From assembly GCA_964016885.1 (NCBI GenBank), contig OZ024743.1:240126001-240190000 (forward strand): a DNA stretch of 64,000 nt, in the 5' to 3' direction. The translations under genes and the position numbers were made by a program. The stretch comes from Eledone cirrhosa. Lineage: Eukaryota. Shown here piece after piece: positions 37,301-55,300 of this stretch (position 1 is its first letter; every line of letters begins with the position of its first letter). Under the pieces are notes generated by a model. That model saw nothing but the letters and a program-made list of their open reading frames with translations, was not told the origin of the DNA and did not search any database.

Positions 37301-40300
37301 CACTAGACACCGTCCAATAGACACCGTCCAATAGACACCGTCCACTAGATACCATCCACTAGATACCATCCACTAGACACCATCTACTAGATACCATCCA
37401 CTAGATACCATCCACTAGACACCATCCACTATCTACTATCTACTAGACACCATCCATAGATTCCATCCACTAGATACCATCCACTAGACACCATCCACTA
37501 TCTACTATCTACTAGACACCATCCATAGATACCATCCCTAGATACCATCCACTAGACACCATCTACTAGACACCATCCACTAGACACCATCCACTAGATA
37601 CAATCCACTAGACACCATCCACTAGACACCATCCACTAGACACCATCCACTAGACACCATCCACTAGATACCAGCCCCAAGACACCATTCACTAGACACC
37701 ATCCACTAGACACCATCCACTACACACCACCCACTAGACACCATCCACTAGACACCATTCACTAGACACCATCCACTAGACACCATTCACTAGACACTAT
37801 CTACTAGACACCATTCACTAGACACCATTCACTAGACACTATCTACTAGACACCATTCACTAGACACCATCCACTAGACACCATCCACTACACCATCTAC
37901 TAGACACCATTCACTAGACACCATTCACTAGACACTATCTACTAGACACCATCCACTAGACACCGTCCACTAAACACCATCCACTAGATACCATCCACTA
38001 GATACCATCCACTAGACACCATCCACTAGATACCATCCACTAGACACCATCCACTAGATACCATCCACTAGACACCATCCACTAGATACCATCCACTAGA
38101 TACCATCCACTACATTCCATCCACTAGATACCATCCACTAGACACCATCCACTATCTACTAGACACCATCCACTAGACACCATCCACTAGACACCATCCA
38201 CTAGATACCATCCACTAGATACCATCCTCTAGATACACGCAACTAGACACCATCCACTAGACGCCATCCACTATCTACTATCTACTAGACACCATCCATA
38301 GATACCATCCCTAGATACCATCCACTAGACACCGTCCTCTAGACACCATCAACTAGATACCATCCACTAGATACCATCCACTATACACCATCCACTAGAC
38401 ACCATCCACTAGATACCATCCACTAGATACCATCCACTAGACACCGTCCACTAGACACCATCCACTAGATACCATCCACTAGATATCATCCACTAGACAC
38501 CGTCCACTAGATACCATCCACTAGATACCATCCACTAGACACCGTCCAATAGACACCATCCACTAGATACCATCCACTAGACACCGTCCACTAGATACCA
38601 TCCACTAGATACCATCCACTAGACACCGTCCACTAGACACCATCCACTAGATACTATCCACTAGATACCATCCCCTAGACACCGTCCACTAGACACCATC
38701 CACTAGATACCATCCACTAGATATCATCCACTAGACACCGTCCAATAGACACCATCCACTAGATACCATCCACTAGACACCGTCCAATAGACACCGTCCA
38801 CTAGATACCATCCACTAGATACCATCGACTAGACACCGTCCAATAGACACCATCCACTAGACACCATCTACTAGATACCATCCACTAGATACCATCCACT
38901 AGACACCATCCACTATCTACTATCTACTAGACACCATCCATAGATACCATCCACTAGATACCATCCACTAGACACCATCCACTATCTACTATCTACTAGA
39001 CACCATCCATAGATACCATCCCTAGATACCATCCACTAGACACCATCCACTAGACACCATCCACTAGATACCATCAACTAGATACCATCCACTAGACACC
39101 ATCCACTAGATACAATTCACTAGACACCATCCACTAGACACCATCCACTAGACACCATCCACTAGACACCATCCACTAGATACCAGCCCCAAGACACCAT
39201 TCACTAGACACCATCCACTAGACACCATCCACTACACACCACCCACTAGACACCATCCACTAGACACCATTCACTAGACACCATCCACTAGACACCATTC
39301 ACTAGACACTATCTACTAGACACCATTCACTAGACACCATTCACTAGACACTATCTACTAGACACCATTCACTAGACACCATCCACTAGACACCATCCAC
39401 TACACCATCTACTAGACACCATTCACTAGACACCATTCACTAGACACCATCCACTAGACACCATCCACTAGACACCATCCACTAGACACCATCCACTAGA
39501 TACCAGCCCCAAGACACCATTCACTAGACACCATCCACTAGACACCATCCACTACACACCACCCACTAGACACCATCCACTAGACACCATTCACTAGACA
39601 CCATCCACTAGACACCATTCACTAGACACTATCTACTAGACACCATTCACTAGACACTATCTACTAGACACCATTCACTAGACACCATCCACTAGACACC
39701 ATCCACTACACCATCTACTAGACACCATTCACTAGACACCATTCACTAGACACTATCTACTAGACACCATTCACTAGGCACCATCCACTACACACCACCA
39801 CTAGACACCATCCACTAGACCCTATCCACTAGACACCATTCACTAGACACCATCCACTAGACACCATTCACTAGACACCATCCACTAGTCACCATCCACT
39901 AGACACCATCCACTAGACACCATCCACTAGACACCATCCACTAGACACCATTCACTAGACACCATCCACTAGACACCATCCACTAGACACCATCCACTAG
40001 ACACCATCCACTAGAGACCATCCACTAGACACCATCCACTAGACACCATCCACTAGACACCATCCACTAGATACCATCCACTAGACACCATCCACTAGAC
40101 ACCATCCACTAGACACCATCCACTAGACACCATCCACTAGACACCATCCACTAGACACCATCCACTAGACACCATCCACTATCTACTATCTACTAGACAC
40201 CATCCATAGATACCATCCCTAGATACCATCCACTAGACACCATACACTAGACACCGTCCACATCACACCATCCACTAGATACCGTCCACTAGACACCATC

Positions 40301-43300
40301 CACTAGATACCATCCACTAGACACCATCCACTAGACACCGTCCACTAGACACCATCCACTAGACACCATCCACTAGATACCGTCAACTAGACACCATCCA
40401 CTAGTTACCATCCACTAGATACCATCCACTAGACACCAACCACTAGATACCATCCATTAGACACCGTCCACTAGACACCATCCACTATACACCATCCACT
40501 AGATACCAACCACTAGATAACATCTACTAGACACCATCCACTAGATACCATCCACTAGATACTATCCACTATATACCATCCACTAGATTCCATCCACTAG
40601 TTTCCATCCACTAGATACCATCCACTAGACACCATCCACTATCTACTAGACACCATCCACTAGACACCGTCCACTAAACACCATCCACTAGATACCATCC
40701 ACTAGACACCATCCACTAGACACCATCCACTAGACACCATCCACTAGACACCATCCACTAGATACCATCCACTAGACACCATTCACTAGACACCATGCAC
40801 TAGATACCAGCCACTAGATACCATAATCTACACACGATCCACTAGACACCATTCACTAGACACCATCCACTAGACACCATCCACTAGATACCATCCACTA
40901 GACACCATCCACTAGACACCATCCACTAGACACCATCCACTAGACACCATCCACTAGACACCATCCACTAGATACCATCCACTAGACACCATCCACTAGA
41001 CACCATCCTCTAGACACCATCCACTAGATACCATCCACTAGACACCATCCATAGACACCATTCACTAGACACCATCCACTAGACACCATCCACTAGACAC
41101 CATCCACTAGACACCATCCACTAGACACCATCCACTAGACAACATCCACTAGACACCATCCACTAGACACCATCCACTAGATACCATTCACTAGACACCA
41201 TCCACTAGACACCATTCACTAGACACCATCCACTAGACACCATCCACTAGAGACCATCCACTAGACACCATCCACTAGATACCATCCACTAGACACCATT
41301 CACTAGACACCATCCACTAGACACCATCCACTAGACACCATCCACTAGACACCATTCACTAGACACCATCAACTAGATACCTTCCACTAGACACCACCCA
41401 CAAGACACCGTCCAATAGACACCGTCCACTAGATACCATTCACTAGATACCATCGACTAGACACCGTCCAATAGACACCATCCACTAGACACCATCTACT
41501 AGATACCATCCACTAGATACCATCCACTAGACACCATCCACTAGACACCATCCACTAGACAACATCCACTAGACACCATCCACTAGACACCATCCACTAG
41601 ATACCATTCACTAGACACCATCCACTAGACACCATTCACTAGACACCATCCACTAGACACCATCCACTAGAGACCATCCACTAGACACCATCCACTAGAT
41701 ACCATCCACTAGACACCATTCACTAGACACCATCCACTAGACACCATCCACTAGACACCATCCACTAGACACCATTCACTAGACACCATCAACTAGATAC
41801 CATCCACTAGATACCATCCACTAGACACCGTCCAGTAGACACCGTCCACTAGATACCATCCACTAGATACCATCGACTAGACACCGTCCAATAGACACCA
41901 TCCACTAGACACCATCTACTAGATACCATCCACTAGATACCATCCACTAGACACCATCCACTATCTACTATCTACTAGACACCATCCATAGATACCATCC
42001 ACTAGATACCATCCACTAGACACCATCCACTATCTACTATCTACTAGACACCATCCATAGATACCATCCCTAGATACCATCCACTAGACACCATCCACTA
42101 GACACCATCCACTAGATACCATCAACTAGATACCATCCACTAGACACCATCCACTAGATACAATTCACTAGACACCATCCACTAGACACCATCCACTAGA
42201 CACCATCCACTAGACACCATCCACTAGATACCAGCCCCAAGACACCATTCACTAGACACCATCCACTAGACACCATCCACTACACACCACCCACTAGACA
42301 CCATCCACTAGACACCATTCACTAGACACCATCCACTAGACACCATTCACTAGACACTATCTACTAGACACCATTCACTAGACACCATTCACTAGACACT
42401 ATCTACTAGACACCATTCACTAGACACCATCCACTAGACACCATCCACTACACCATCTACTAGACACCATTCACTAGACACCATTCACTAGACACCATCC
42501 ACTAGACACCATCCACTAGACACCATCCACTAGACACCATCCACTAGATACCAGCCCCAAGACACCATTCACTAGACACCATCCACTAGACACCATCCAC
42601 TACACACCACCCACTAGACACCATCCACTAGACACCATTCACTAGACACCATCCACTAGACACCATTCACTAGACACTATCTACTAGACACCATTCACTA
42701 GACACTATCTACTAGACACCATTCACTAGACACCATCCACTAGACACCATCCACTACACCATCTACTAGACACCATTCACTAGACACCATTCACTAGACA
42801 CTATCTACTAGACACCATTCACTAGGCACCATCCACTACACACCACCACTAGACACCATCCACTAGACCCTATCCACTAGACACCATTCACTAGACACCA
42901 TCCACTAGACACCATTCACTAGACACCATCCACTAGTCACCATCCACTAGACACCATCCACTAGACACCATCCACTAGACACCATCCACTAGACACCATT
43001 CACTAGACACCATCCACTAGACACCATCCACTAGACACCATCCACTAGACACCATCCACTAGAGACCATCCACTAGACACCATCCACTAGACACCATCCA
43101 CTAGACACCATCCACTAGATACCATCCACTAGACACCATCCACTAGACACCATCCACTAGACACCATCCACTAGACACCATCCACTAGACACCATCCACT
43201 AGACACCATCCACTAGACACCATCCACTATCTACTATCTACTAGACACCATCCATAGATACCATCCCTAGATACCATCCACTAGACACCATGCACTAGAC

Positions 43301-46300
43301 ACCGTCCACATCACACCATCCACTAGATACCGTCCACTAGACACCATCCACTAGATACCATCCACTAGACACCATCCACTAGACACCGTCCACTAGACAC
43401 CATCCACTAGACACCATCCACTAGATACCGTCAACTAGACACCATCCACTAGTTACCATCCACTAGATACCATCCACTAGACACCAACCACTAGATATCA
43501 TCCATTAGACACCGTCCACTAGACACCATCCACTATACACCATCCACTAGATACCAACCACTAGATAACATCTACTAGACACCATCCACTAGATACCATC
43601 CACTAGATACTATCCACTATATACCATCCACTAGATTCCATCCACTAGTTTCCATCCACTAGATACCATCCACTAGACACCATCCACTATCTACTAGACA
43701 CCATCCACTAGACACCGTCCACTAAACACCATCCACTAGATACCATCCACTAGATACCATCCACTAGACACCATCCACTAGACACCATCCACTAGACACC
43801 ATCCACTAGATACCATCCACTAGACACCATTCACTAGACACCATGCACTAGATACCAGCCACTAGATACCATAATCTACACACGATCCACTAGACACCAT
43901 TCACTAGACACCATCCACTAGACACCATCCACTAGATACCATCCACTAGACACCATCCACTAGACACCATCCACTAGACACCATCCACTAGACACCATCC
44001 ACTAGACACCATCCACTAGATACCATCCACTAGACACCATCCACTAGACACCATCCTCTAGACACCATCCACTAGATACCATCCACTAGACACCATCCAT
44101 AGACACCATTCACTAGACACCATCCACTAGACACCATCCACTAGACACCATCCACTAGACACCATCCACTAGACACCATCCACTAGACAACATCCACTAG
44201 ACACCATCCACTAGACACCATCCACTAGATACCATTCACTAGACACCATCCACTAGACACCATTCACTAGACACCATCCACTAGACACCATCCACTAGAG
44301 ACCATCCACTAGACACCATCCACTAGATACCATCCACTAGACACCATTCACTAGACACCATCCACTAGACACCATCCACTAGACACCATCCACTAGACAC
44401 CATTCACTAGACACCATCAACTAGATACCTTCCACTAGACACCACCCACAAGACACCATCCACTAGATACCATCCACTAGACACCGTCCACTAGATACCA
44501 TCCACTAGACACCATCCACTAGATACCATCCACTAGATACCATCCACTAAACACCATCCACTAGATACCATCCACTAGACACCATTCATTAGACACCATC
44601 CACTAGACACCATCCACTAGACACCATCCACTAGATACCATCCACTAGACACCATCCACTAGACACCATTCACTAGACACCATTCACTAGACACCATCAA
44701 CAAGATACCATCCACTAGACACCATCCACTAGACATCATCCACTAGATACCATCCACTAGATACCATCCACTAAACACCATCCACTAGATACCATCCACT
44801 AGACACCATTCACTAGACACCATCCACTAGACACCATCCACTAGACACCATCCACTAGATACCATCCACTAGACACCATCCTCTAGACACCATCCACTAG
44901 ATACCATCCACTAAACACCATCCACTAGACACCATCCACTAAACACCATCCACTAGACACCATTCACTAGACACCATCCACTAGACACCATCCACTAGAC
45001 ACCATTCACTAGACACCATGCACTAGATACCAGCCACTAGATACCATAATCTAGACACGATCCACTAGACACCATTCACTAGACACCATTCACTAGACAC
45101 CATCCACTAGACACCATCCACTAGACACCATCCACTAGACACCATCCACTAGATACCATCCACTAGACACCACCCACTAGACACCATCCTCTAGACACCA
45201 TCCACTAGATACCATCCACTAGACACCATCCATAGACACCATTCACTAGACACCATCCACTAGACACCATCCACTAGACACCATCCACTAGACACCATCC
45301 ACTAGACACCATCCTCTAGACACCATCCACTAGATACCATCCACTAGACACCATCCATAGACACCATCCACTAGACACCATCCACTAGACACCATCCACT
45401 AGACACCATCCACTAGACAACATCCACTAGACACCATCCACTAGACACCATTCACTAGAGACCATCCACTAGACACCATCCACTAGACACCATCCACTAG
45501 ACACCATCCACTAGACACCATCCACTAGACACCATCCACTAGACAACATCCACTAGACACCATCCACTAGACACCATCCACTAGATACCATCCACTAGAC
45601 ACCATTCACTAGACACCATCCACTAGACACCATCCACTAGACACCATCCACTAGACACCATCCACTAGACACCATTCACTAGACACCATTTACTAGACAC
45701 CATCAACTAGATACCTTCCACTAGACACCACCCACAAGACACCATCCACTAGATACCATCCACTAGACACCATTCACTAGACACCATCCACTAGACACCA
45801 TCCACTAGACACCATCCACTAGACACCATCCACTAGACACCATCCACTAGACACCATTCACTAGACACCATCAACTAGATACCTTCCACTAGACACCACC
45901 CACAAGACGCCATCCACTAGATACCATCCACTAGACACCATCTACTAGACACCATCCACTAGACACCATCCACTAGACACCATCTACTAGACACCATCCA
46001 CTAGACACCATCTACTAGACACCATCCACTAGACACCATCCACTAGACACCATCCACTAGACACCATCCACTAGACACCATCCACTAGACACCATTCACT
46101 AGACACCATCAACTAGATACCTTCCACTAGACACCACCCACAAGACACCATCCACTAGATACCATCCACTAGACACCATCCACTAGACACCATCCACTAG
46201 ATACCATCCACTAGACACCATCTACTAGACACCATCCACTAGACACCATCTACTAGACACCATCCACTAGACACCATCCACTAGATACCATCCACTAGAC

Positions 46301-49300
46301 ACCATCTACTAGACACCATCCACTAGACACCATCCACTAGATACCATCCACTAGACACCATCCACTAGACACCATCCACTAGACACCATTCACTAGACAC
46401 CATTCACTAGACACCATCCACTAGACACCATCCACTAGACACCATCCACTAGACACCATCCACTAGATACCATCCATTAGACACCATCCACTAGACACCA
46501 TCCACTAGACACCATCCACTACATACCATCCACTAGACACCATCCACTAGACACAATCCACTAGACACAATCCACTAGACACCATCCACTAGACACCATC
46601 CACTAGACACCATCCACTATCTACTATCTACTAGACACCATCCATAGATACCATCCCTAGATACCATCCACTTGACACCATCCACTAGACACCATCCACT
46701 AGACACCATCCACTAGATACCATCAACTAGATACCATCCACTAGACACCATCCAATAGACACCATCCACTAGATAACATCCACTAGACACCATCCACTAG
46801 ACACCATCCACTAGACACCATCCACTAGACACCATCCACTAGATATCATCCACTAGACACCATCCACTAGACACCATCCACTAGACACCATCCACTAGAC
46901 ACCATCCACTAGACACCATCCATTAGACACCATTCACTAGACACCATCCACTAGACACCATTCACTAGACACCAGCCACTAGACACAACAACTAGACACC
47001 ATCCACTAGACACCATTCACTAGACACCATCCATTAGATACCAGCCACTAGACACCATTCACTAGATACCATCCACTAAACACCATCCACTAGACACCAT
47101 CCACTAGACACCATCCACTAGACACCATCCACTAGACACCATCCACTAGACACCATTCCACTAGACACCATTCACTAGACACCAGCCACTAGACACAACA
47201 ACTAGACACCATCCACTAGACACCATCCACTAGACACCATCCACTAGACACCATTCACTACACACCATCCACTAGACACCATCCACTAGACACCATCCAC
47301 TAGACACCATCCACTAGATACCATCCACTAGACACCATCCACTAGACACCATCCACTAGACACCATCCACTAGACACCATCCACTAGACACCATTCACTA
47401 GACACCATTTACTAGACACCATCCACTAGACACCATTCACTAGACACCATCCACTAGACACCATCCACTAGACACCATCCACCAGACACCATCCACAAGA
47501 CACCATCCACTAGATACCATCCACTAGAGACCATCCACTACAGACCATTCACTAGACACCATCCACTAGGCACCATTCACTAGACACCATCCACTAGATG
47601 CTAGCCACTAGACACCATTCACTAGATACCATCCACTAGACACCATCCACTAGACACCATCCACTAGACACCATCCACTAGACACCATTCACTAGACACC
47701 ATCCACTAGACACCATCCACTAGACACCATCCACTAGACACCATCCACTAGATACCATCCACTAGACACCATTCACTACACACCATCCACTAGACACCAT
47801 CCACTAGATACCATCCACTAGACACCATCCACTAGACACCATTCACTAGACACCATCAACTAGATACCTTCCACTAGACACCATCCACTAGACACCATCC
47901 ACTAGATACCATCCACTAGACACAGTCCACTAGATACCATCCACTAGATACCATCCACTAGACACCGTCCACTAGACACCATCCACTAGACACCATCCAC
48001 TAGATACCATCCACTAGATACCATCCACTAGACACCGTCCACTAGATACCATGCACTAGACACCGTCCACTAGATACCATCCACTAGATACCATCCACTA
48101 GACACCGTCCACTAGACTCCATCCACTAGACACCATCCACTAGATACCATCCACTAGATACCATCCACTAGACACCATCCACTATCTACTATCTACTAGA
48201 CACCATCCATAGATACCATCCCTAGATACCATCCACTAGACACCATCCACTAGATACCATCCACTAGATACCATCCACTAGATACCATCCACTAGATACC
48301 ATCCACTAGACACCATCCACTAGATACCATCCACGAGACACCATCCACTAGACACCATCCACTAGATAACATCCTCTAGATACCATCCACTAGATACCAT
48401 CCACTAGATACCATCCACTAGAGACCATCCACTAGACACCATCCACTAGATACCATCCACTAGACACCATCCACTAGACACCATCCACTATCTACTATCT
48501 ACTAGACACCATCCACTATCTACTATCTACTAGACACCATCCATAGATACCATCCCTAGATACCATCCACTAGACAGCATACACTAGACACCATCCACTA
48601 GATACCGTCCACTAGACACCATCCACTAGATACCATCCACTAGATACCATCCACTAGACACCATCCACTAGATACCATCCACTAGACACCATCCACTAGA
48701 TACCATCCACTAGATACCATCCACTACATTCCATCCACTAGATACCATCCACTAGACACCATCCACTATCTACTAGACACCATCCACTAGACACCATCCA
48801 CTAGACACCATCCACTAGATACCATCCACTAGATACCATCCTCTAGATACACGCAACTAGACACCATCCACTAGACGCCATCCACTATCTACTATCTACT
48901 AGACACCATCCATAGATACCATCCCTAGATACCATCCACTAGACACCGTCCTCTAGACACCATCAACTAGATACCATCCACTAGATACCATCCACTATAC
49001 ACCATCCACTAGACACCATCCACTAGATACCATCCACTAGATACCATCCACTAGACACCGTCCACTAGACACCATCCACTAGATACCATCCACTAGATAT
49101 CATCCACTAGACACCGTCCACTAGATACCATCCACTAGATACCATCCACTAGACACCGTCCAATAGACACCATCCACTAGATACCATCCACTAGACACCG
49201 TCCACTAGATACCATCCACTAGATACCATCCACTAGACACCGTCCACTAGACACCATCCACTAGATACTATCCACTAGATACCATCCCCTAGACACCGTC

Positions 49301-52300
49301 CACTAGACACCATCCACTAGATACCATCCACTAGATATCATCCACTAGACACCGTCCAATAGACACCATCCACTAGATACCATCCACTAGACACCGTCCA
49401 ATAGACACCGTCCACTAGATACCATCCACTAGATACCATCGACTAGACACCGTCCAATAGACACCATCCACTAGACACCATCTACTAGATACCATCCACT
49501 AGATACCATCCACTAGACACCATCCACTATCTACTATCTACTAGACACCATCCATAGATACCATCCACTAGATACCATCCACTAGACACCATCCACTATC
49601 TACTATCTACTAGACACCATCCATAGATACCATCCCTAGATACCATCCACTAGACACCATCCACTAGACACCATCCACTAGATACCATCAACTAGATACC
49701 ATCCACTAGACACCATCCACTAGATACAATTCACTAGACACCATCCACTAGACACCATCCACTAGACACCATCCACTAGACACCATCCACTAGATACCAG
49801 CCCCAAGACACCATTCACTAGACACCATCCACTAGACACCATCCACTACACACCACCCACTAGACACCATCCACTAGACACCATTCACTAGACACCATCC
49901 ACTAGACACCATTCACTAGACACTATCTACTAGACACCATTCACTAGACACTATCTACTAGACACCATTCACTAGACACCATCCACTAGACACCATCCAC
50001 TACACCATCTACTAGACACCATTCACTAGACACCATTCACTAGACACTATCTACTAGACACCATTCACTAGGCACCATCCACTACACACCACCACTAGAC
50101 ACCATCCACTAGACCCTATCCACTAGACACCATTCACTAGACACCATCCACTAGACACCATTCACTAGACACCATCCACTAGTCACCATCCACTAGACAC
50201 CATCCACTAGACACCATCCACTAGACACCATCCACTAGACACCATTCACTAGACACCATCCACTAGACACCATCCACTAGACACCATCCACTAGACACCA
50301 TCCACTAGAGACCATCCACTAGACACCATCCACTAGACACCATCCACTAGACACCATCCACTAGATACCATCCACTAGACACCATCCACTAGACACCATC
50401 CACTAGACACCATCCACTAGACACCATCCACTAGACACCATCCACTAGACACCATCCACTAGACACCATCCACTATCTACTATCTACTAGACACCATCCA
50501 TAGATACCATCCCTAGATACCATCCACTAGACACCATACACTAGACACCGTCCACATCACACCATCCACTAGATACCGTCCACTAGACACCATCCACTAG
50601 ATACCATCCACTAGACACCATCCACTAGACACCGTCCACTAGACACCATCCACTAGACACCATCCACTAGATACCGTCAACTAGACACCATCCACTAGTT
50701 ACCATCCACTAGATACCATCCACTAGACACCAACCACTAGATACCATCCATTAGACACCGTCCACTAGACACCATCCACTATACACCATCCACTAGATAC
50801 CAACCACTAGATAACATCTACTAGACACCATCCACTAGATACCATCCACTAGATACTATCCACTATATACCATCCACTAGATTCCATCCACTAGTTTCCA
50901 TCCACTAGATACCATCCACTAGACACCATCCACTATCTACTAGACACCATCCACTAGACACCGTCCACTAAACACCATCCACTAGATACCATCCACTAGA
51001 TACCATCCACTAGACACCATCCACTAGACACCATCCACTAGACACCATCCACTAGATACCATCCACTAGACACCATTCACTAGACACCATGCACTAGATA
51101 CCAGCCACTAGATACCATAATCTACACACGATCCACTAGACACCATTCACTAGACACCATCCACTAGACACCATCCACTAGATACCATCCACTAGACACC
51201 ATCCACTAGACACCATCCACTAGACACCATCCACTAGACACCATCCACTAGACACCATCCACTAGATACCATCCACTAGACACCATCCACTAGACACCAT
51301 CCTCTAGACACCATCCACTAGATACCATCCACTAGACACCATCCATAGACACCATTCACTAGACACCATCCACTAGACACCATCCACTAGACACCATCCA
51401 CTAGACACCATCCACTAGACACCATCCACTAGACAACATCCACTAGACACCATCCACTAGACACCATCCACTAGATACCATTCACTAGACACCATCCACT
51501 AAACACCATTCACTAGACACCATCCACTAGACACCATCCACTAGAGACCATCCACTAGACACCATCCACTAGATACCATCCACTAGACACCATTCACTAG
51601 ACACCATCCACTAGACACCATCCACTAGACACCATCCACTAGACACCATTCACTAGACACCATCAACTAGATACCTTCCACTAGACACCACCCACAAGAC
51701 ACCGTCCAATAGACACCGTCCACTAGATACCATCCACTAGATACCATCGACTAGACACCGTCCAATAGACACCATCCACTAGACACCATCTACTAGATAC
51801 CATCCACTAGATACCATCCACTAGACACCATCCACTAGACACCATCCACTAGACAACATCCACTAGACACCATCCACTAGACACCATCCACTAGATACCA
51901 TTCACTAGACACCATCCACTAGACACCATTCACTAGACACCATCCACTAGACACCATCCACTAGAGACCATCCACTAGACACCATCCACTAGATACCATC
52001 CACTAGACACCATTCACTAGACACCATCCACTAGACACCATCCACTAGACACCATCCACTAGACACCATTCACTAGACACCATCAACTAGATACCATCCA
52101 CTAGATACCATCCACTAGACACCGTCCAGTAGACACCGTCCACTAGATACCATCCACTAGATACCATCGACTAGACACCGTCCAATAGACACCATCCACT
52201 AGACACCATCTACTAGATACCATCCACTAGATACCATCCACTAGACACCATCCACTATCTACTATCTACTAGACACCATCCATAGATACCATCCACTAGA

Positions 52301-55300
52301 TACCATCCACTAGACACCATCCACTATCTACTATCTACTAGACACCATCCATAAATACCATCCCTAGATACCATCCACTAGACACCATCCACTAGACACC
52401 ATCCACTAGATACCATCAACTAGATACCATCCACTAGACACCATCCACTAGATACAATTCACTAGACACCATCCACTAGACACCATCCACTAGACACCAT
52501 CCACTAGACACCATCCACTAGATACCAGCCCCAAGACACCATTCACTAGACACCATCCACTAGACACCATCCACTACACACCACCCACTAGACACCATCC
52601 ACTAGACACCATTCACTAGACACCATCCACTAGACACCATTCACTAGACACTATCTACTAGACACCATTCACTAGACACCATTCACTAGACACTATCTAC
52701 TAGACACCATTCACTAGACACCATCCACTAGACACCATCCACTACACCATCTACTAGACACCATTCACTAGACACCATTCACTAGACACCATCCACTAGA
52801 CACCATCCACTAGACACCATCCACTAGACACCATCCACTAGATACCAGCCCCAAGACACCATTCACTAGACACCATCCACTAGACACCATCCACTACACA
52901 CCACCCACTAGACACCATCCACTAGACACCATTCACTAGACACCATCCACTAGACACCATTCACTAGACACTATCTACTAGACACCATTCACTAGACACT
53001 ATCTACTAGACACCATTCACTAGACACCATCCACTAGACACCATCCACTACACCATCTACTAGACACCATTCACTAGACACCATTCACTAGACACTATCT
53101 ACTAGACACCATTCACTAGGCACCATCCACTACACACCACCACTAGACACCATCCACTAGACCCTATCCACTAGACACCATTCACTAGACACCATCCACT
53201 AGACACCATTCACTAGACACCATCCACTAGTCACCATCCACTAGACACCATCCACTAGACACCATCCACTAGACACCATCCACTAGACACCATTCACTAG
53301 ACACCATCCACTAGACACCATCCACTAGACACCATCCACTAGACACCATCCACTAGAGACCATCCACTAGACACCATCCACTAGACACCATCCACTAGAC
53401 ACCATCCACTAGATACCATCCACTAGACACCATCCACTAGACACCATCCACTAGACACCATCCACTAGACACCATCCACTAGACACCATCCACTAGACAC
53501 CATCCACTAGACACCATCCACTATCTACTATCTACTAGACACCATCCATAGATACCATCCCTAGATACCATCCACTAGACACCATACACTAGACACCGTC
53601 CACATCACACCATCCACTAGATACCGTCCACTAGACACCATCCACTAGATACCATCCACTAGACACCATCCACTAGACACCGTCCACTAGACACCATCCA
53701 CTAGACACCATCCACTAGATACCGTCAACTAGACACCATCCACTAGTTACCATCCACTAGATACCATCCACTAGACACCAACCACTAGATACCATCCATT
53801 AGACACCGTCCACTAGACACCATCCACTATACACCATCCACTAGATACCAACCACTAGATAACATCTACTAGACACCATCCACTAGATACCATCCACTAG
53901 ATACTATCCACTATATACCATCCACTAGATTCCATCCACTAGTTTCCATCCACTAGATACCATCCACTAGACACCATCCACTATCTACTAGACACCATCC
54001 ATTAGACACCATTCACTAGACACCATCCACTAGACACCATTCACTAGACACCAGCCACTAGACACAACAACTAGACACCATCCACTAGACACCATTCACT
54101 AGACACCATCCATTAGATACCAGCCACTAGACACCATTCACTAGATACCATCCACTAAACACCATCCACTAGACACCATCCACTAGACACCATCCACTAG
54201 ACACCATCCACTAGACACCATCCACTAGACACCATTCCACTAGACACCATTCACTAGACACCAGCCACTAGACACAACAACTAGACACCATCCACTAGAC
54301 ACCATCCACTACACACCACCCACTAGACACCATCCACTAGACACCATTCACTAGACACCATCCACTAGACACCATTCACTAGACACTATCTACTAGACAC
54401 CATTCACTAGACACTATCTACTAGACACCATTCACTAGACACCATCCACTAGACACCATCCACTACACCATCTACTAGACACCATTCACTAGACACCATT
54501 CACTAGACACTATCTACTAGACACCATTCACTAGGCACCATCCACTACACACCACCACTAGACACCATCCACTAGACCCTATCCACTAGACACCATTCAC
54601 TAGACACCATCCACTAGACACCATTCACTAGACACCATCCACTAGTCACCATCCACTAGACACCATCCACTAGACACCATCCACTAGACACCATCCACTA
54701 GACACCATTCACTAGACACCATCCACTAGACACCATCCACTAGACACCATCCACTAGACACCATCCACTAGAGACCATCCACTAGACACCATCCACTAGA
54801 CACCATCCACTAGACACCATCCACTAGATACCATCCACTAGACACCATCCACTAGACACCATCCACTAGACACCATCCACTAGACACCATCCACTAGACA
54901 CCATCCACTAGACACCATCCACTAGACACCATCCACTATCTACTATCTACTAGACACCATCCATAGATACCATCCCTAGATACCATCCACTAGACACCAT
55001 ACACTAGACACCGTCCACATCACACCATCCACTAGATACCGTCCACTAGACACCATCCACTAGATACCATCCACTAGACACCATCCACTAGACACCGTCC
55101 ACTAGACACCATCCACTAGACACCATCCACTAGATACCGTCAACTAGACACCATCCACTAGTTACCATCCACTAGATACCATCCACTAGACACCAACCAC
55201 TAGATACCATCCATTAGACACCGTCCACTAGACACCATCCACTATACACCATCCACTAGATACCAACCACTAGATAACATCTACTAGACACCATCCACTA